Of a stretch of 59,022 nucleotides of DNA, positions 28,102-37,829 are shown piece by piece. The DNA is from Bdellovibrionia bacterium. GTDB lineage: Bacteria > Bdellovibrionota > Bdellovibrionia > Bdellovibrionales > UBA1609. Made by a program: the position numbers and the translations under genes. The DNA is taken from contig JAUILT010000003.1 of assembly GCA_030432925.1 (NCBI GenBank), positions 1 to 59,022 of the forward strand, in the 5' to 3' direction. The notes below the pieces were generated by a model. That model saw only the letters and a program-made list of their open reading frames with translations. It made no database searches and had not been told where the DNA came from. Numbering within the stretch: the stretch's first letter is position 1; the number at the start of each line of letters is the position of its first letter.

Positions 28102-28127
28102 AAGGCGTTGTCTGAGCCTTTTTTTTG
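28102..28127 (+). terminator. Weak terminator-like element
   Basis: AAGGC (28102-28106) and GCCTT (28116-28120) form a 5-bp stem with a 9-nt loop, followed by a run of 8 T. Confidence 0.35.
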
Positions 28128-28189
28128 GTATACGGCATGCATGAGATAAGGTTTTTCGAGTTGGAGTTCAAGAAAAGGAATACGCCTGA

Positions 28190-30217
28190 ATGATTGCAAA
28201 GCTCAATAGAGTCCTCGGTCAGCGAAGTGTAAGTGGTTTGTTACTGCTCGCTATTTGGCTATTTTCTGTCTTAGTATTGGCTGTAGAACCTCAGTGGGAG
28301 ACACTGACACCTCCTCCTGGTTCAGAGGAGTGCGCTGGCCTATTTGAAGATACAGTGAGTAATAGCTTTACCAAGGGGTGGGAAAGGACAGAGAGTTATT
28401 TAGAAAGTAGAAAATATTATAAGGGACCAACCCCTCCTCCTTATCTAAAAGTTTTATTTCCATCAATGACACTGCCCTACTCCGTTATTGGAAGTATCAA
28501 AAATATTGAAGTCTATGAGTTGAGAGGATTTTGTCCTGAAGTTATGAATGTTGCCAAAGATTCTAATGCTTACTTGGTGATTGCCACCAGCGTGTCCCTT
28601 GAAGAAGCAACTGTTAGAAACTGCGTCCGACTGGCCATGATGGAAAGTGTACCTCCAGAGGATCTTGAGGATCATGTAGAAACAATTATGAAGAAAAGAA
28701 TATTTTTGATCAACGCTGAGAACTCTTCGTATCTTCCTCTGGCTCAAAAATTTCTTCAGAACCCAAATAAAATGAGAGAATTGAAGACTTTAATTGATGG
28801 TATCAAGGTCAAATATGGAATTCCTCAAGAGGGAGCTTATATGCAGACGTTCGTTACTACGCCTCAGGAAGGCTGGGTATCTGACAGATTGGGGATCTCT
28901 GTTTGGGGGAACCCAGTAATGAATGCTTCTGTAGAAAGTAAATCTACTTATCATAAGATAGCCGAGCAGGCAGGAATTAAAAAAGCCGATGCTGAGACGG
29001 ACATATTAAGTGAAGAGCATTTGGTCCAAGGAATTTATAATTTGATGCAACGGAATTTAAAGAGGATGTTTTTGCAATACACTAACAAAGGGAGTGCGGA
29101 ATTTTCTCTTCCTTTGGCACAAGATATTTATGACGGCTTACTAGAAAAAGATAAAATAGAAGTAGTAAAAAAACTGATGCAAAAATGGAATCAAGGAACA
29201 TCTGGGCAGGGTAATGCTCCTAAATTGATTTCAGAAGAAGCCATTAGTGCTTTTTTTTCTGAGAACAAAGAGCTTGCTCTTTCGGTAATCCGACGTAATT
29301 TGACCCAAAATATGGAGACAGCAGATTCCAAGATGATTACGCCAGAGAGGTTTATAAACAAGCTAGTGTCTGATGGTGGTGTGGTAGAGCAGTTTATTCC
29401 CTATGTACAAACTTTTGTAAACTTAGATGGACAGAAACTTCCGGTTTCTCCAAGTGGTCAGGCTGATGTTAGGAGTCATGGAATCTCTCTGATGGGATGT
29501 CATGAGCAAAAGTTTATTTCTGGAGTGCCTGGTGGTGTTTTTGAAGGAGCCATTTATGGTTGGAGTCGCCTTGGTGATGAAATATGCCGTCAGGTTTACA
29601 AAAAAACACTGATTTTGGGGAAAGTTTTGAAAAAATTAGGCTACCTTGGGCGCTTTGCCGTGGACTATGTTGTGGCCAAAGATCCGGTCACCCAAGAGTT
29701 AGAAGTGGTTATTATTGAGATTAACGCTCGCAGTGGAGGTACTCATACTGTAGATGCTATGGTTGCTTTAACATCAGCCAACCAATACGTTGACGGTGAG
29801 AATTTGGCAGATGTTTCTATAGAACCTTATCACTGGTATGCTCAGGTAAGAGAACCTAATGGATCTTTTCGTAGAGTGAAACTTTTTAACGAAGGGACAG
29901 ATAACTTTTATCACCCTGGGCTCAAACTATTTTGCTCCGATCAAGAGCTATTAGATTTTCTTTATCAACGAAACCCCATATATTGGAAATATGCTCATGA
30001 CGTTCCTATGGCTAATTCGGTAAATAAACGAGGCATATTGCCTCACATGATTCAAGGAAGAAAAGGAAGTCTTGATAAAGATCTAAAGATGGGATTCTTA
30101 GCTATAGGACATGATTCCTATGAAGATGCCAATATACTTTTTCAGTCTTTCGAACAAGCTTTAGTAGGTGCCTTGGATGCCTTTAAAAAAGCCCACTCCA
30201 GCCGCACCTGTAAATAA
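28190..30217 (+). CDS. PGM1-like ATP-grasp peptide ligase family protein with an N-terminal hydrophobic segment
   Basis: 675-aa ORF. It has a pre-ATP-grasp-like VLFPSMTLPYSVIG...VYELRG, then YMQTFVTTPQEGWVSDRLGISVWGNP..SKSTYHKIAEQAGI, NQGTSGQGNA, and an ATP-grasp core GRFAVDYVV...VVIIEINARSGGTH. Residues 15-32 (SGLLLLAIWLFSVLVLAV) are hydrophobic and follow K/R residues. Confidence 0.7.
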   Translation: MIAKLNRVLGQRSVSGLLLLAIWLFSVLVLAVEPQWETLTPPPGSEECAGLFEDTVSNSFTKGWERTESYLESRKYYKGPTPPPYLKVLFPSMTLPYSVIGSIKNIEVYELRGFCPEVMNVAKDSNAYLVIATSVSLEEATVRNCVRLAMMESVPPEDLEDHVETIMKKRIFLINAENSSYLPLAQKFLQNPNKMRELKTLIDGIKVKYGIPQEGAYMQTFVTTPQEGWVSDRLGISVWGNPVMNASVESKSTYHKIAEQAGIKKADAETDILSEEHLVQGIYNLMQRNLKRMFLQYTNKGSAEFSLPLAQDIYDGLLEKDKIEVVKKLMQKWNQGTSGQGNAPKLISEEAISAFFSENKELALSVIRRNLTQNMETADSKMITPERFINKLVSDGGVVEQFIPYVQTFVNLDGQKLPVSPSGQADVRSHGISLMGCHEQKFISGVPGGVFEGAIYGWSRLGDEICRQVYKKTLILGKVLKKLGYLGRFAVDYVVAKDPVTQELEVVIIEINARSGGTHTVDAMVALTSANQYVDGENLADVSIEPYHWYAQVREPNGSFRRVKLFNEGTDNFYHPGLKLFCSDQELLDFLYQRNPIYWKYAHDVPMANSVNKRGILPHMIQGRKGSLDKDLKMGFLAIGHDSYEDANILFQSFEQALVGALDAFKKAHSSRTCK

Positions 30218-30230
30218 TATACTGATCCGG

Positions 30231-30254
30231 AAAATTCAAACCGGATCGGTATAG
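30231..30254 (+). repeat. Copy 4 of the recurrent motif (best match to consensus)
   Basis: Sequence aaaattcaaaccggatcggtatag. It lies 13 nt after the ATP-grasp stop. Its reverse complement supplies the last five codons and the stop (YTDPV*) of gcvP. Confidence 0.75.
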
Positions 30255-33151
30255 TTTTGTGTTGTATAAGCTTCAAGGGGTAAGCAAGTACAGACCAAGT
30301 TTTTGTCACCAAAAGCATTATCTACCCGTCGAACAGCAGGCCAATATTTGCCCTCCTGCAACCAGGGCACCGCATAAGCCGCATCAGAGCGACTGTATGG
30401 AAAATCCCATTGGTCAGAAGTAACCAGTCTCAGTGAATGAGGTGCATTTTTTAAAACGTTACTTTTACGATCCACTTGACCGTCTTCGATGGCTTGAATC
30501 TCTTTTCGAATTTGAATCATGGCCTCAATAAAGCGATTCAATTCATCCAGGGACTCACTCTCTGTTGGCTCAATCATTAAAGTTCCTGCTACAGGCCAAG
30601 ACATGGTTGGTGCATGAAAACCAAAATCCATCAGGCGTTTGGCAATATCATCTACTGTGATACCTGCAGATTCTTTGAGAGGGCGCACATCAATGATGCA
30701 TTCATGAGCAACATAATTATTTTTACCTTTGTAAAGAACCGGGTAGTACTTCTCTAACCGTGCTGCAAGATAATTGGCATTGAGAATGGCCACCTCGGTA
30801 GCTACACGAAGTGAAGTTTTTCCCATCATTTGAATATAGGCCCAGGAAATGGGCAAAATTCCGGCAGAACCCCATGGTGCTGAAGATACAGCTGTAATAC
30901 CTGTTTCTGGGCCGGCCTCTTTAACGAGATTATGTTTTGGTAAAAAGGGGACAAGATGTTGAGCAACGCCGATAGGGCCAATGCCCGGTCCGCCACCACC
31001 GTGTGGAATACAAAATGTTTTATGTAGGTTGAGGTGAGAGACGTCAGCACCAAACTCTCCGGGGCGGCTGAGGCCTACCAGGGCGTTTAGGTTTGCACCA
31101 TCCATATAAACCTGCCCTCCAAAATCATGGATGACCGTGCAAATATCACGGATGGTTTCTTCATAAACACCATGAGTAGAGGGGTAAGTGATCATCAGTA
31201 CAGCAAGATTGTCTTTGTGAGACTCGGCTTTGGCTTTAAGGTCATCAAGGTCCACATTGCCGTTGCTATCGCACTGGATCACAACGACCTGCATTCCAGC
31301 CATCACTGCACTGGCAGGGTTGGTTCCATGGGCTGAACTGGGAATCAGACAGATATTACGTTTTTCTTGCCCAATACTTTGCAAATATTTTTTGATAACC
31401 AAAAGCCCTGCGTACTCCCCTTGTGATCCAGCGTTGGGCTGCAGACTGATTCCCTTAAAGCCAGTGATTTCACAAAGTGAATTCTCAAGCTCAGTGATCA
31501 GTTCCATATAGCCTTGAGCTTGATCTAAGGGCGCAAAGGGGTGAATGTCAGAAAACTCTGGCCATGTAACAGGAATCATTTCTGATGTGGCATTTAACTT
31601 CATTGTGCAAGACCCCAGAGGGATCATGGAGTTGGCCAAGGTTAAGTCTCGAGTTTCGAGCTTTTTGATATAACGAAGCATTTCTGTTTCTGAGTGATAG
31701 GCATTAAATACCTTGGCTGTTAGGTAGTCTGTTTTCCGGAAAAAGTGGGTGTCAAATGTTACGGCTGCCGAATCCATCAATTGATACACAGAAAAAGGCA
31801 GTCGATTTTCTTTGGAAAAGACTTGAACCAGTGATTGGATCTCATCGAGAGATGTGGTTTCGTCAAAAGATACCTGAAGGTATTGATCATCTACTTTGAA
31901 AATATTAATTTCTGCTTGTAGAGCTTTATTATAAATTTCTTCGGTGCGGTCATTGGTGTGAACACGGACTGTATCAAAAAAGTTATGAGTGGTAACATTT
32001 AAGCCCAACTTGTCCATACACTCTTTAAATGTGGAGGCTAGACGATGAACTTTTTCAGCAATAAACTTAAGGCCTTTTGGACCATGATAAACGGCGTACA
32101 TAGAGGCCATCACAGCTAATAAAACCTGAGCTGTGCAGATATTGCTTGTGGCCCTCTCTCTGCGAATATGTTGCTCTCGCGTTTGTAGTGCTAAGCGAAG
32201 AGCTGGATGACCATCGGCATCTTTGGAAACTCCTATGATTCTTCCTGGAATCATTCGTTTATAAGTCTCTTTAGTGGCCAGGTAGCCAGCATGAGGGCCG
32301 CCAAAACCAAAAGGAACGCCAAACCGTTGACTGGTTCCAACGGCAATATCAGCACCTACCTCACCAGGAGATTGCAAAAGAGTTAAGGCCAGAAGGTCTG
32401 CAGAAACAATACTTAAAGCGCCACAGGCATGGGTCTTTTCAATAAATGATTTTAATTCGGGAATATTTCCGTCGGCTCCCGGGTATTGAATAAGGCTGGC
32501 AAAGTAGTTTTCGCACGGTTCAAATGTATTGAGGGGAGCGATCTCAAGCTCAATGCCTAATGGTTTAGCTCGGGTGCTGAGAACCTCCAGAGTTTGCGAG
32601 AAGGTATTGTCACTGACAAATATTTTTTGAGCCCTTTTATTTTTACAGGCTTGAAGGGCCATAGTCATAGCTTCTGCAGCCGCTGTACCCTCATCTAAAA
32701 GTGATGCATTTGCTAGCTCCATACCAGTGAGATCTATAACCATGGTTTGAAAATTCAAAAGGGCTTCCATTCGCCCTTGTGAAATTTCTGCTTGATAGGG
32801 AGTGTACGCCGTATACCAACCTGGGTTTTCAAGAATATTTCTCAGTATGACTCCTGGGGTTTGAGTGCCGTAATAGCCTTGTCCCAGGTAAGATTTAAAA
32901 ACTTTATTTTTACTGGCGATTTTCCAGGCCTTGGCAAGAAGCTCTGTTTCAGAGAGGCCTTCTTCTAGATTCAGTGGATGGGGTTGCCTGATGGCCTCTG
33001 GTAAGCTTTGATCAGTGAGTTCGGCAAGAGAGCTCAGACCCAGAAACTCTAACATGGCTTGCAGGTCGTTTTCATCGGGGCCAATATGCCGACGGGCAAA
33101 CTGGTCATTCTTAAACGTATTATAAACTTCTTCGCTGATATCCTGTTTCAC
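30236..33151 (-). CDS. gcvP: Glycine dehydrogenase (decarboxylating), single-chain P protein
   Basis: 971-aa ORF with [20 protein letters not shown], a [21 protein letters not shown]-Lys region, and full-length collinearity with GcvP. Confidence 0.95.
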   Translation of the reverse strand: MKQDISEEVYNTFKNDQFARRHIGPDENDLQAMLEFLGLSSLAELTDQSLPEAIRQPHPLNLEEGLSETELLAKAWKIASKNKVFKSYLGQGYYGTQTPGVILRNILENPGWYTAYTPYQAEISQGRMEALLNFQTMVIDLTGMELANASLLDEGTAAAEAMTMALQACKNKRAQKIFVSDNTFSQTLEVLSTRAKPLGIELEIAPLNTFEPCENYFASLIQYPGADGNIPELKSFIEKTHACGALSIVSADLLALTLLQSPGEVGADIAVGTSQRFGVPFGFGGPHAGYLATKETYKRMIPGRIIGVSKDADGHPALRLALQTREQHIRRERATSNICTAQVLLAVMASMYAVYHGPKGLKFIAEKVHRLASTFKECMDKLGLNVTTHNFFDTVRVHTNDRTEEIYNKALQAEINIFKVDDQYLQVSFDETTSLDEIQSLVQVFSKENRLPFSVYQLMDSAAVTFDTHFFRKTDYLTAKVFNAYHSETEMLRYIKKLETRDLTLANSMIPLGSCTMKLNATSEMIPVTWPEFSDIHPFAPLDQAQGYMELITELENSLCEITGFKGISLQPNAGSQGEYAGLLVIKKYLQSIGQEKRNICLIPSSAHGTNPASAVMAGMQVVVIQCDSNGNVDLDDLKAKAESHKDNLAVLMITYPSTHGVYEETIRDICTVIHDFGGQVYMDGANLNALVGLSRPGEFGADVSHLNLHKTFCIPHGGGGPGIGPIGVAQHLVPFLPKHNLVKEAGPETGITAVSSAPWGSAGILPISWAYIQMMGKTSLRVATEVAILNANYLAARLEKYYPVLYKGKNNYVAHECIIDVRPLKESAGITVDDIAKRLMDFGFHAPTMSWPVAGTLMIEPTESESLDELNRFIEAMIQIRKEIQAIEDGQVDRKSNVLKNAPHSLRLVTSDQWDFPYSRSDAAYAVPWLQEGKYWPAVRRVDNAFGDKNLVCTCLPLEAYTTQNYTDPV

Positions 33152-33207
33152 TTTCCGATTGCCTCCGACTTTTATGAGTATATCTCTTAATCTAGTGCTT
33201 CGACGAC

Positions 33208-33657
33208 TTACGGTGTTGTTTTTTTGGAGGTCTTTTTGGCAGCCTTCTTTTTTGTGGCTGTTGTTTTTTTAGTAGACTTTTTCTTGCTGGCAGTTTTTTT
33301 AGTTACCTTTTTGCGTAATTTTTTTCCAGCTGTAGTTACTTTAGTTTTATGGGATTTGGCTTTCTTTTTCACAGCTTTGAATTTCTTTTCCATATCGGAT
33401 CGGTGAGACTTTAAGGATCGTAGAACTTTATTGAACTCTCGATCAAACTGTCTTTGCTGACGGGTGATTTGTTTCAGTAGATCGTTGTAGGCTTTTTCTA
33501 GGTTTTTGAGTCGTTTTTGGGCCGTTGGACTGAGATAGGCATGGACATCGAATTTTTTTAGTTCTGAAGCAATTTTATTGAGCTCTTTTGTTAGATAGTC
33601 AATATCTGTTATTTTTTGAATTTCGCCTTTGATTTTATCCCAATTGATGGAAGTCAT
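33208..33657 (-). CDS. Small coiled-coil protein with a histone-H1-like Lys-rich tail
   Basis: I chose the start at ATG 33657, behind AAGGAG. The N-terminal ~95 aa are helical and coiled-coil-like. The C-terminal ~55 aa are K/T/A-rich ([53 protein letters not shown]). Confidence 0.65.
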   Translation of the reverse strand: MTSINWDKIKGEIQKITDIDYLTKELNKIASELKKFDVHAYLSPTAQKRLKNLEKAYNDLLKQITRQQRQFDREFNKVLRSLKSHRSDMEKKFKAVKKKAKSHKTKVTTAGKKLRKKVTKKTASKKKSTKKTTATKKKAAKKTSKKTTP

Positions 33658-33704
33658 ATGGATCTCCTTCAGGTATTTCTCAGGGCGGCGCCAGTGCCAC
33701 CACG

Positions 33705-35084
33705 GTGCCACTACATTGGAAATATCTGAGCTTTCTGTCAAGCTTTATGCGCTACCCAAACTCAATGTCTTTGGGTATACAAGGTTTCATGAGCTTTTCA
33801 CTGCGCGATCGCTATTTAAAGGACTGGATGGGCTACTCTACCTTTACAGGGGGGAGTGGGGGGCGGTTACAGTCTGTGACAGATTCTCAGATGATTCTTA
33901 AATTTCAGGGCCAGGAAGTGATTGTTCATGATCGGGGAGTGGTTCAGGTAGAGGCTCGTTGGGGGCAAAAGTGGGCAGTGGCGGGAATGAAAGAGCTTTG
34001 TGAACTTTTTGTGCCTGGAGATTGGCTAGTTTTTAGAGGAGAGCCCTGTTTGCAAGAAGCCTCCTTGGAGAACCTGAAAACCATAAGGTTAGCAGCACCT
34101 AATCAGCTAGAGGAGAAGCCTGTGCCGCGACCGCATGCAAGACGCTTTTCTTTATTTATTGAAGATGTTCGTCAGTGGTTTTTGAAGACTCATTTTTTTC
34201 CAGCGAGTACACCTTCATTGGTGAAGTGTCCTGGCATGGAGCCTCCTTTGACTCCATTTCAAGTTCACACAGATCAGAGACATCCCAGGTTTTTACCCAC
34301 CAGTCCTGAATTGCACTTAAAAAAACTATTATGTCGAGGTTATGAAAATATTTTTGAGATTAAAAGAGTATTTCGCAAGGAGGTTGTTACACCTTACCAT
34401 CAGCCAGAGTTTTTGATGCTGGAGTGGTATCGCAGTTTTTCTAACCTGAAAAGGTTGATCCAGGATCTTAAGGGACTAATAGCTTATCTGGCTGAGAAAG
34501 GCTGGAACGAAGCTGGATTAAATTTGAAGTCATGGAGTCATTTGACAGTGAGTGGACTATTTAAAGAACACCTTGATTTTGACTTGCAGCCAGAGACCTC
34601 TCATGGAGAACTGCTGCAGTTGGCTGAATATCATGATGTAGGATTTCACTGTGATGATGACACCTGGGATGATACGTATTTCAAGATTTTTTTGAGTTGT
34701 CTTGAAACTCAGATCAAAGGTTTGGGGCTCATCACTCTTTGTGATTATCCACCCACTCAGGCAGCCCTGGCCCGTATGAACGAAAGGGGTTGGGCAGAGC
34801 GTATGGAGTTTTATATCTCAGGTTTGGAGATCGGAAATGCCTTTGACGAACTCAATGATCCGGAAATTCAGCGACAAAGGTTTGAAAAAGATCAGCAGGA
34901 ACGGCGTGAACGAGGGCTTATGGAGATCCCCTTGGATGAGGAGTTTTTAAATCATCTGAAAATGGGGTTACCACCTACTGCAGGAATTGCCATCGGCCTT
35001 GAGCGGCTTTATATGGGCTTGATGGGCGTTGAGAGCATCTCAGAGCTTTTAGAGTTTCCGGTAACAGATCCTAGCTCTTATTGA
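33705..35084 (+). CDS. EpmA/PoxA-like class II aminoacyl-tRNA-synthetase-core protein with an N-terminal extension
   Basis: Class II motifs are present: LPTSPELHLKKLL, IFEIKRVFRKE, QPEFLMLEWY, EFYISGLEIGNAFDELNDP and PPTAGIAIGLERL. The start is uncertain, with candidate ATGs at 33705, 33747, 33765 and 33786. Confidence 0.7.
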   Translation: MPLHWKYLSFLSSFMRYPNSMSLGIQGFMSFSLRDRYLKDWMGYSTFTGGSGGRLQSVTDSQMILKFQGQEVIVHDRGVVQVEARWGQKWAVAGMKELCELFVPGDWLVFRGEPCLQEASLENLKTIRLAAPNQLEEKPVPRPHARRFSLFIEDVRQWFLKTHFFPASTPSLVKCPGMEPPLTPFQVHTDQRHPRFLPTSPELHLKKLLCRGYENIFEIKRVFRKEVVTPYHQPEFLMLEWYRSFSNLKRLIQDLKGLIAYLAEKGWNEAGLNLKSWSHLTVSGLFKEHLDFDLQPETSHGELLQLAEYHDVGFHCDDDTWDDTYFKIFLSCLETQIKGLGLITLCDYPPTQAALARMNERGWAERMEFYISGLEIGNAFDELNDPEIQRQRFEKDQQERRERGLMEIPLDEEFLNHLKMGLPPTAGIAIGLERLYMGLMGVESISELLEFPVTDPSSY

Positions 35085-35349
35085 TATCTTCTTTTAGCTC
35101 TTTTCCAACCTTAAAAAAGGGTAGTTTCTTTTCTTGAACATTAATAATTTCACCGGTCCTGGGGTTGCGCCCTTTGTAGGCTTCATACTCTCTATTGACA
35201 AAAGATCCAAACCCTCGAATCTCAATGCGATCATTTCTCATCAAGGCTTCTACCATAGAGTCAAAGATAGTGTTGACCACCGTTTCAGCCTTCACTCGTG
35301 TGATCCCGGCTTTTTCAGAAATTAAATTGATTAAGTCCGCTTTCGTCAT
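35071..35349 (-). CDS. HU/IHF-family DNA-binding protein (IHF-beta-like)
   Basis: 92-aa ORF with MTKADLI..ISEK, RIEIRGFGSF and GRNPRTGE..V....PFFK. Confidence 0.88.
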   Translation of the reverse strand: MTKADLINLISEKAGITRVKAETVVNTIFDSMVEALMRNDRIEIRGFGSFVNREYEAYKGRNPRTGEIINVQEKKLPFFKVGKELKEDINKS

Positions 35350-35568
35350 GTTGTCTCGTCCTTGTTCCCTGACCTCAAAGAGGTGGTTTTCTAACTTGCT
35401 GAAACTACTGTTATTGTAGACAAATCAACAGGAACAAGCCAGCGCAATTATGGAAAAAAATGAAGAAATATAGGGTTTTAGCCTATTGTTAACAGTTTTT
35501 GGGGTGCGTTATTAAGCTTTCGTCCAGTTGGGGTCCAGAACATAGGATGAAGATCTTGTCTTGTGCCT

Positions 35569-36513
35569 ATGGAGACATCCCTTCAAAATAAAAGTATGCA
35601 CTTTGATTGGTCATCAAAAACAGTGGGGGAGTGGCGCCAGATGCTGGACGGAGTTCCCCGTTCCAATTGCATGCAGTCCTGGCCTTACGCCAAAGCTGTG
35701 CGCATGAGTGACCAGAAGGCTACACGTTTAGCTGTGGTGGTTCGCGGCGGCACGCCAGTGGGCATGATGGCCATTCAGGAAGTAAAATTGGGTCCCGTTC
35801 ATTTTATAAACCTATTTCGAGGTCCCCTTTGGTTTGTGGAGCCTGTGCCAAAAGAGTGGATTCGGGAATTTACAAAGGTTTTTGATTGTGAGTTTCCTCG
35901 AAGGCTATTTCGTCGTCGGCGTTGGTTACCTGAGTGGGAAGACAAAAATGCCGAGAATTTTCAACCGTTCTTCTCCAACCATCAAAAATATAAAACGGCC
36001 TGGTTGGAGTTAGGTGGGAGTGAGGATCAACTCCGGGGCCGCTTAAAGCAAAAGTGGCGGAACGCTCTTAATAAATCAGAAAAAAGTTCCATTGAGATTG
36101 TCGAAGACTGGAGTGGACTTTACCTAGAGCTGTTTGTGGAGAAGTATCTTAGGGACCGTATGGAAAAGAAGTATCATGGCCCCAGTGGTCGATTTGTTAA
36201 AGAGGAGTTCTTGGCGGCAAAGCCTTTTAAGGATGCTTTTTTATTATGGGCGAATATCAAGACCCAGCCAGTGGCGGCGGTATTCATTCTTAAGCATGGT
36301 CAGTGCGCCTCCTACCGTATCGGTTGGAGTACAGGCTTAGGTCGTAAATACAATGCTCACAATCGGCTGTTGTGGGAGGCGACTTTGATTGTAAAAAGTC
36401 AGGGCATTCAACGCCTAGACTTGGGTGGTCTGGATGCGGACCACAGTGGACTCAATCGCTTTAAGTTTGGAACTGGGGCCCATATTTTTGAGACTCCGGG
36501 GATGCTCAAATAG
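35569..36513 (+). CDS. FemAB-like / GNAT-fold (Acetyltransf_6-type) acyl- or aminoacyl-transferase
   Basis: QSWPYAKA, KWRNALNKSEK, ASYRIGWS and HNRLLWEA resemble FemAB/lipid II glycyltransferase-like GNAT proteins. The start is ATG 35569, or the track's GTG 35563. Confidence 0.6.
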   Translation: METSLQNKSMHFDWSSKTVGEWRQMLDGVPRSNCMQSWPYAKAVRMSDQKATRLAVVVRGGTPVGMMAIQEVKLGPVHFINLFRGPLWFVEPVPKEWIREFTKVFDCEFPRRLFRRRRWLPEWEDKNAENFQPFFSNHQKYKTAWLELGGSEDQLRGRLKQKWRNALNKSEKSSIEIVEDWSGLYLELFVEKYLRDRMEKKYHGPSGRFVKEEFLAAKPFKDAFLLWANIKTQPVAAVFILKHGQCASYRIGWSTGLGRKYNAHNRLLWEATLIVKSQGIQRLDLGGLDADHSGLNRFKFGTGAHIFETPGMLK

Positions 36514-36534
36514 TTCAAACCAGATCGGTATTAA
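36512..36534 (+). repeat. Copy 5 of the recurrent motif
   Basis: Sequence agttcaaaccagatcggtattaa. It overlaps the TAG stop of the FemAB-like gene and ends 3 nt before the stop of the convergent GT4 gene. Confidence 0.7.
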
Positions 36535-36536
36535 TT

Positions 36537-37829
36537 TCAGGCGGTTTCAGGTGAGTTGAGGTTGAGCTTTTGCAGACTTTTTCTCCGGTAAAGTCGAGTG
36601 CTCATTAGAGCATGGTAGTAGGCATCGATAGTCATACTTACCATTTTCTGGGTATCAAACAAGTTCATCACCTTATTGCGAGCGGCTTCTCCCATTTCTT
36701 GTGTGGAGATTTTTTCGTCAAAAATTCCGATAAACAGTTGGGATAGGGTAGATGCATCTGCAGGTCGAATTAAAAAGCCATCCAGCCCATCCTCAACAAT
36801 GGTGGCAATGGGGCTTACCTCAGAACCTATGATTACTTTTTTTTGTGCCATAGCCTCCAGCATGGAGGGTTCAAACCCACTAGTGCGGGAGCTAAGATTG
36901 ACAAAAATATCTGCCAGGGCAATAAAGTCTGGTAAATGGGTGCTAGTCACAGCGCCTGTGAACAATACTTTGCTTCCTAGGGCTAGGTTAAGCATTTCAA
37001 ATTCAATTTCTTTTTGGAGAGGGCCATCACCCACAATAATCAGACGACTGGCCGGCTTTTTGACGGCAAGTTTTTCAAAAGCTCGGAGTAAGTGAACCAC
37101 CTCACCCAATTCTGTCATATCAGTGACTGTCACCACTACGTTGGCATTCCCAGGGATATTTAAGTTTTTTCTAAGCTCCTCAGACTTCTCTCTAGGAGAC
37201 AGATCGCCGATTTCAATTCCATAGGGCACATTATAGATTTTTAAATCGGGATATAGGTAATATCTCTCGAGAATAACTCGCTGCTGTGGACTAGTTACAA
37301 AAATGGAATCTGCCGTTTTTAAAAGTTTGCGGTCGCTGCCAAGAAAAGTCGTCAGAAACTTTAATCCTACATGCAGTCCGGTACGAATCAGGCTGCTTAA
37401 AGTTTCTTGGGAATACCCCAGAATGTGAAAGATCTCCGACATATGTGTGGCTTCCACATCGTAGGTCATGGCCACTTTATAGAGTTTCTTTTTTAAGCCC
37501 ACTTCAATTCCTGAGGAGTCCACGCTGTGTACTAAGTGAAATGGGTCTTGACTGTGCAAAATGGAGAACTTTTTATCGACGAGTATCGGAAAGTTTTCAA
37601 AATGGGTTCTGGGGGTTTCTCCTAAGAAGAAGGCCTTCACACCATCTTGTTCGATTTCAGTCTTGCCCTGTGGGTTTCTCCAGGAAATCACTGTAATATT
37701 GTGACCTTTTTTTGCAAGGCCTCTGGCAATGGGCCAGAGAAAACCATGATCTGCGGCTCGCCCCAATATTGGAAACTCAGCGGCAATGAGACAAATATTA
37801 AGTGGATAGGGTAAATCTTTCCGGGTCAT
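36537..37829 (-). CDS. Glycosyltransferase family 4 (GT-B, group 1)
   Basis: I chose the start at Met-27 (37829). ICLIAAEFP..G at the N-terminus and FVNLSSRTSGFEPSMLEAMA (an E-x7-E region) are present. Confidence 0.8.
   Translation of the reverse strand: MTRKDLPYPLNICLIAAEFPILGRAADHGFLWPIARGLAKKGHNITVISWRNPQGKTEIEQDGVKAFFLGETPRTHFENFPILVDKKFSILHSQDPFHLVHSVDSSGIEVGLKKKLYKVAMTYDVEATHMSEIFHILGYSQETLSSLIRTGLHVGLKFLTTFLGSDRKLLKTADSIFVTSPQQRVILERYYLYPDLKIYNVPYGIEIGDLSPREKSEELRKNLNIPGNANVVVTVTDMTELGEVVHLLRAFEKLAVKKPASRLIIVGDGPLQKEIEFEMLNLALGSKVLFTGAVTSTHLPDFIALADIFVNLSSRTSGFEPSMLEAMAQKKVIIGSEVSPIATIVEDGLDGFLIRPADASTLSQLFIGIFDEKISTQEMGEAARNKVMNLFDTQKMVSMTIDAYYHALMSTRLYRRKSLQKLNLNSPETA

Noticed and set aside
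33395-33403. cggatcggt 9-mer identical to the core of the recurrent motif, inside the H1-tailed protein CDS
   Set aside because: The flanks do not match the motif. A single 9-mer hit in about 118 kb of two-strand sequence is roughly what chance would give.
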